Shown: piece after piece, positions 62,007-64,000 of the stretch | Layout of the letters: each line of letters opens with the position of its first letter | How positions within the stretch are numbered: position 1 is the first letter of the stretch | Assembly (NCBI GenBank): GCA_032718475.1 | Contig: JAUCBJ010008784.1 | Location: 1 to 64,000 of the forward strand | From: Nemertoderma westbladi | Lineage: Eukaryota; Animalia; Xenacoelomorpha | Reading direction: 5' to 3' | Length of the DNA: 64,000 nucleotides | Translations under genes and position numbers: made by a program | Notes under the pieces: generated by a model | Database searches by the model: none | Told to the model about the DNA's origin: nothing | What the model saw: only the letters and a program-made list of their open reading frames with translations

Positions 62007-62736
62007 GGCATAGCATTCTTAATATATATATGTAATATATATATAATGCAACTGCAATGCAGCATGCCTATCGTAATAGCAGTAATAGTAGTACTGTAGT
62101 GGCTCCGCCACTGGTTACTGAAATACTTTAAGGTACCTTTGGGGTAATTTATTGAATAAGATCAACAACTGGCAAATAAACCGTATTGTTTAAGAGCAAT
62201 ATAATAGTGTAATTTTCAGCATGTGTTGTCATTTTTGTCTCACATTACTTCTTATTTGTCGACATAATATTATAATATTAATTAAGAATCCAAAGTTATT
62301 TTCATTTAATTTTTGTTACAGGGTTTAACTAATTTGAAAGCTCACCAACCCATGGTGTGGTGTGGGTTGCAATGGTACAGTATGTTCTAGGATAACGAAA
62401 AAATGAAGAAAGCTGCTGAGCTTAAGATTTAAGAAGACGGTTGAACCGAGCCCGAATTTCACGTCAGGCAAACGAGACTTACCGCTTCGCCGGTACTTCA
62501 CTTTCCGTTCACTAGTACCCAAGGTATGGTCCATGGTAATTTCCTGCACATTTAAGGCCCGTGTTCTTACCTTGAATCAATCCTCGCACCCACGCGTCCA
62601 CGCGCCTTTCACGATTTCAGGTACTCCTACACTGCTCGCTTCCTCTCCACTCCGATTTTCGCGTTTTTAGAATATTCGGAGACGGTTCTATTTAAACACT
62701 TATTACACCATTATTGCATTATTATCCATTATTGCA

Positions 62737-63149
62737 CCAAATCTCTGGACGGCACATTCAAAAGAATGCTACGCCGGGTTCATTGTGTCAAGTTCAATGG
62801 ACACATCTCCAACCAGACACTATATAACATTGGAGGTGTCTCATTGGTTCCTCCAAGCTTGACACTAGAACAAAATCGCCTCCGCTTTGCAGGACATTGC
62901 TTTCGCCGTGAGGACCAGCCAGTGCATAATCTTGTACTTTGGCAGCCTCATGGAGTGAATAAGCATGGTGGACAGCTCATGACTTTCTTGAGACGCATCT
63001 TAAAGGACACTGGCCTTGAAGATGCGGATGATCTAGCAAATGTCATGGGTGATAGGGAGTTGTGGCGGTGCAATTTTGTCGATAAGCCGGCACAGCATTC
63101 TTAAAAATGCAACTGCAATGCAGCATGCCGATCCTAGCAGTAGTAGTAG
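62737..63149 (+). mobile_element. 5'-truncated RTE-clade LINE
   Basis: LDGTFKRMLRRV...LRFAGHCFRR...DRELWR; (TAG)n tail; near-identical to 53891-54169. Confidence 0.9.
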
Positions 63150-64000
63150 TATTGCATTATTATTACACACCATTATTATCACCATTATTATTAATAACTA
63201 GAAAAGTCAGCAAGCTGGCTATAAGAAGACCGCCCATAGACAAACGTAGTGTAGTTGGTTCCCTCCCCATTGAACAGCTTTGTTTACAGTTTGAGAGAGT
63301 AGGACTAATCACAGCCACTAAATGTCATTAGGAACCACCCTTTCAATCAGCTGGCCCACCACCTAACATAGCAGTGTTCACCAGTGAGTAGTATATATAG
63401 ATATTCACATAGGATTCACTGGGAATAGATATTCAGCTGACGGGGTAATACACTATAAACTAACAGTTGTTGATGTTTGATTACTGTCTGTGATAGCGTG
63501 AGTGAGTAAACACAACCTTATTAAAACCTGGTAAGTAATGCAGTTTGGGCGTATCCGCACCAGTTGGTGTTTCTATCCTGTAGGCGTATTATACATTTAG
63601 AAGGTAACTAAATTTATTATTTGGCTCTATTCGTTGTTATTTATCTGGTTGTGCATTATGGGCATTTTTTTATAAATATTCGGTAATCTTACATCTTGTA
63701 AACATGCTTGATAATTAAATTATTAGCTTCATATTATATTTTTGTTTGTGGTAGCATAGTTTCATTTTTTTATTATGTGGGACAAGCCACAATGTCAGCT
63801 AGCCTCACTCCTTACTAGTTTAGACAATTATTTAGTTTACTGACATATGTAGTTCATTTGTAATATTCTTGGCTAGGATTCTTCCCCCGGGCTCCTTCCT
63901 TCCAGCTTGCTGTTTTCTAGTTCTGTAAGGGTCTAGAATAAAAGCATAGGTTCTAGAACTTATTAAAGTAGCTAAGTATGTTCCAGGTACGATACCTCCA

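Overview
AT-rich, repeat-dense invertebrate animal genomic DNA (host not identifiable from sequence alone). Three intron-poor housekeeping genes sit between two large mobile elements: RPAP1, an IGHMBP2/SMUBP-2-like helicase, and PSMD13/Rpn9 with a 4.4 kb 45-bp minisatellite in its single intron. Left: a deleted BEL/Pao LTR retrotransposon (3740-17272) with a LINE in one LTR, an odd LTR+flank duplication and a decayed non-Env extra ORF. Right: a full-length but decayed Maverick/Polinton endogenous virus (39317-62006; ~400 bp TIRs, 6-bp TSD GGCATA). It encodes pPolB, integrase, packaging ATPase, major capsid, two minor-capsid paralogues, an adenain protease, pVII- and pX-like core proteins, a RING protein and a DEDD nuclease-like protein. 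Most notably it carries a divergent two-repeat TATA-binding-protein (TBP)-like gene abutting pPolB. The Maverick also hosts a CR1/L2-group LINE with a signal-peptide leader, a 2A ribosome-skipping motif and a PHD finger. All calls rest on motif recognition by eye; no database searches were run.
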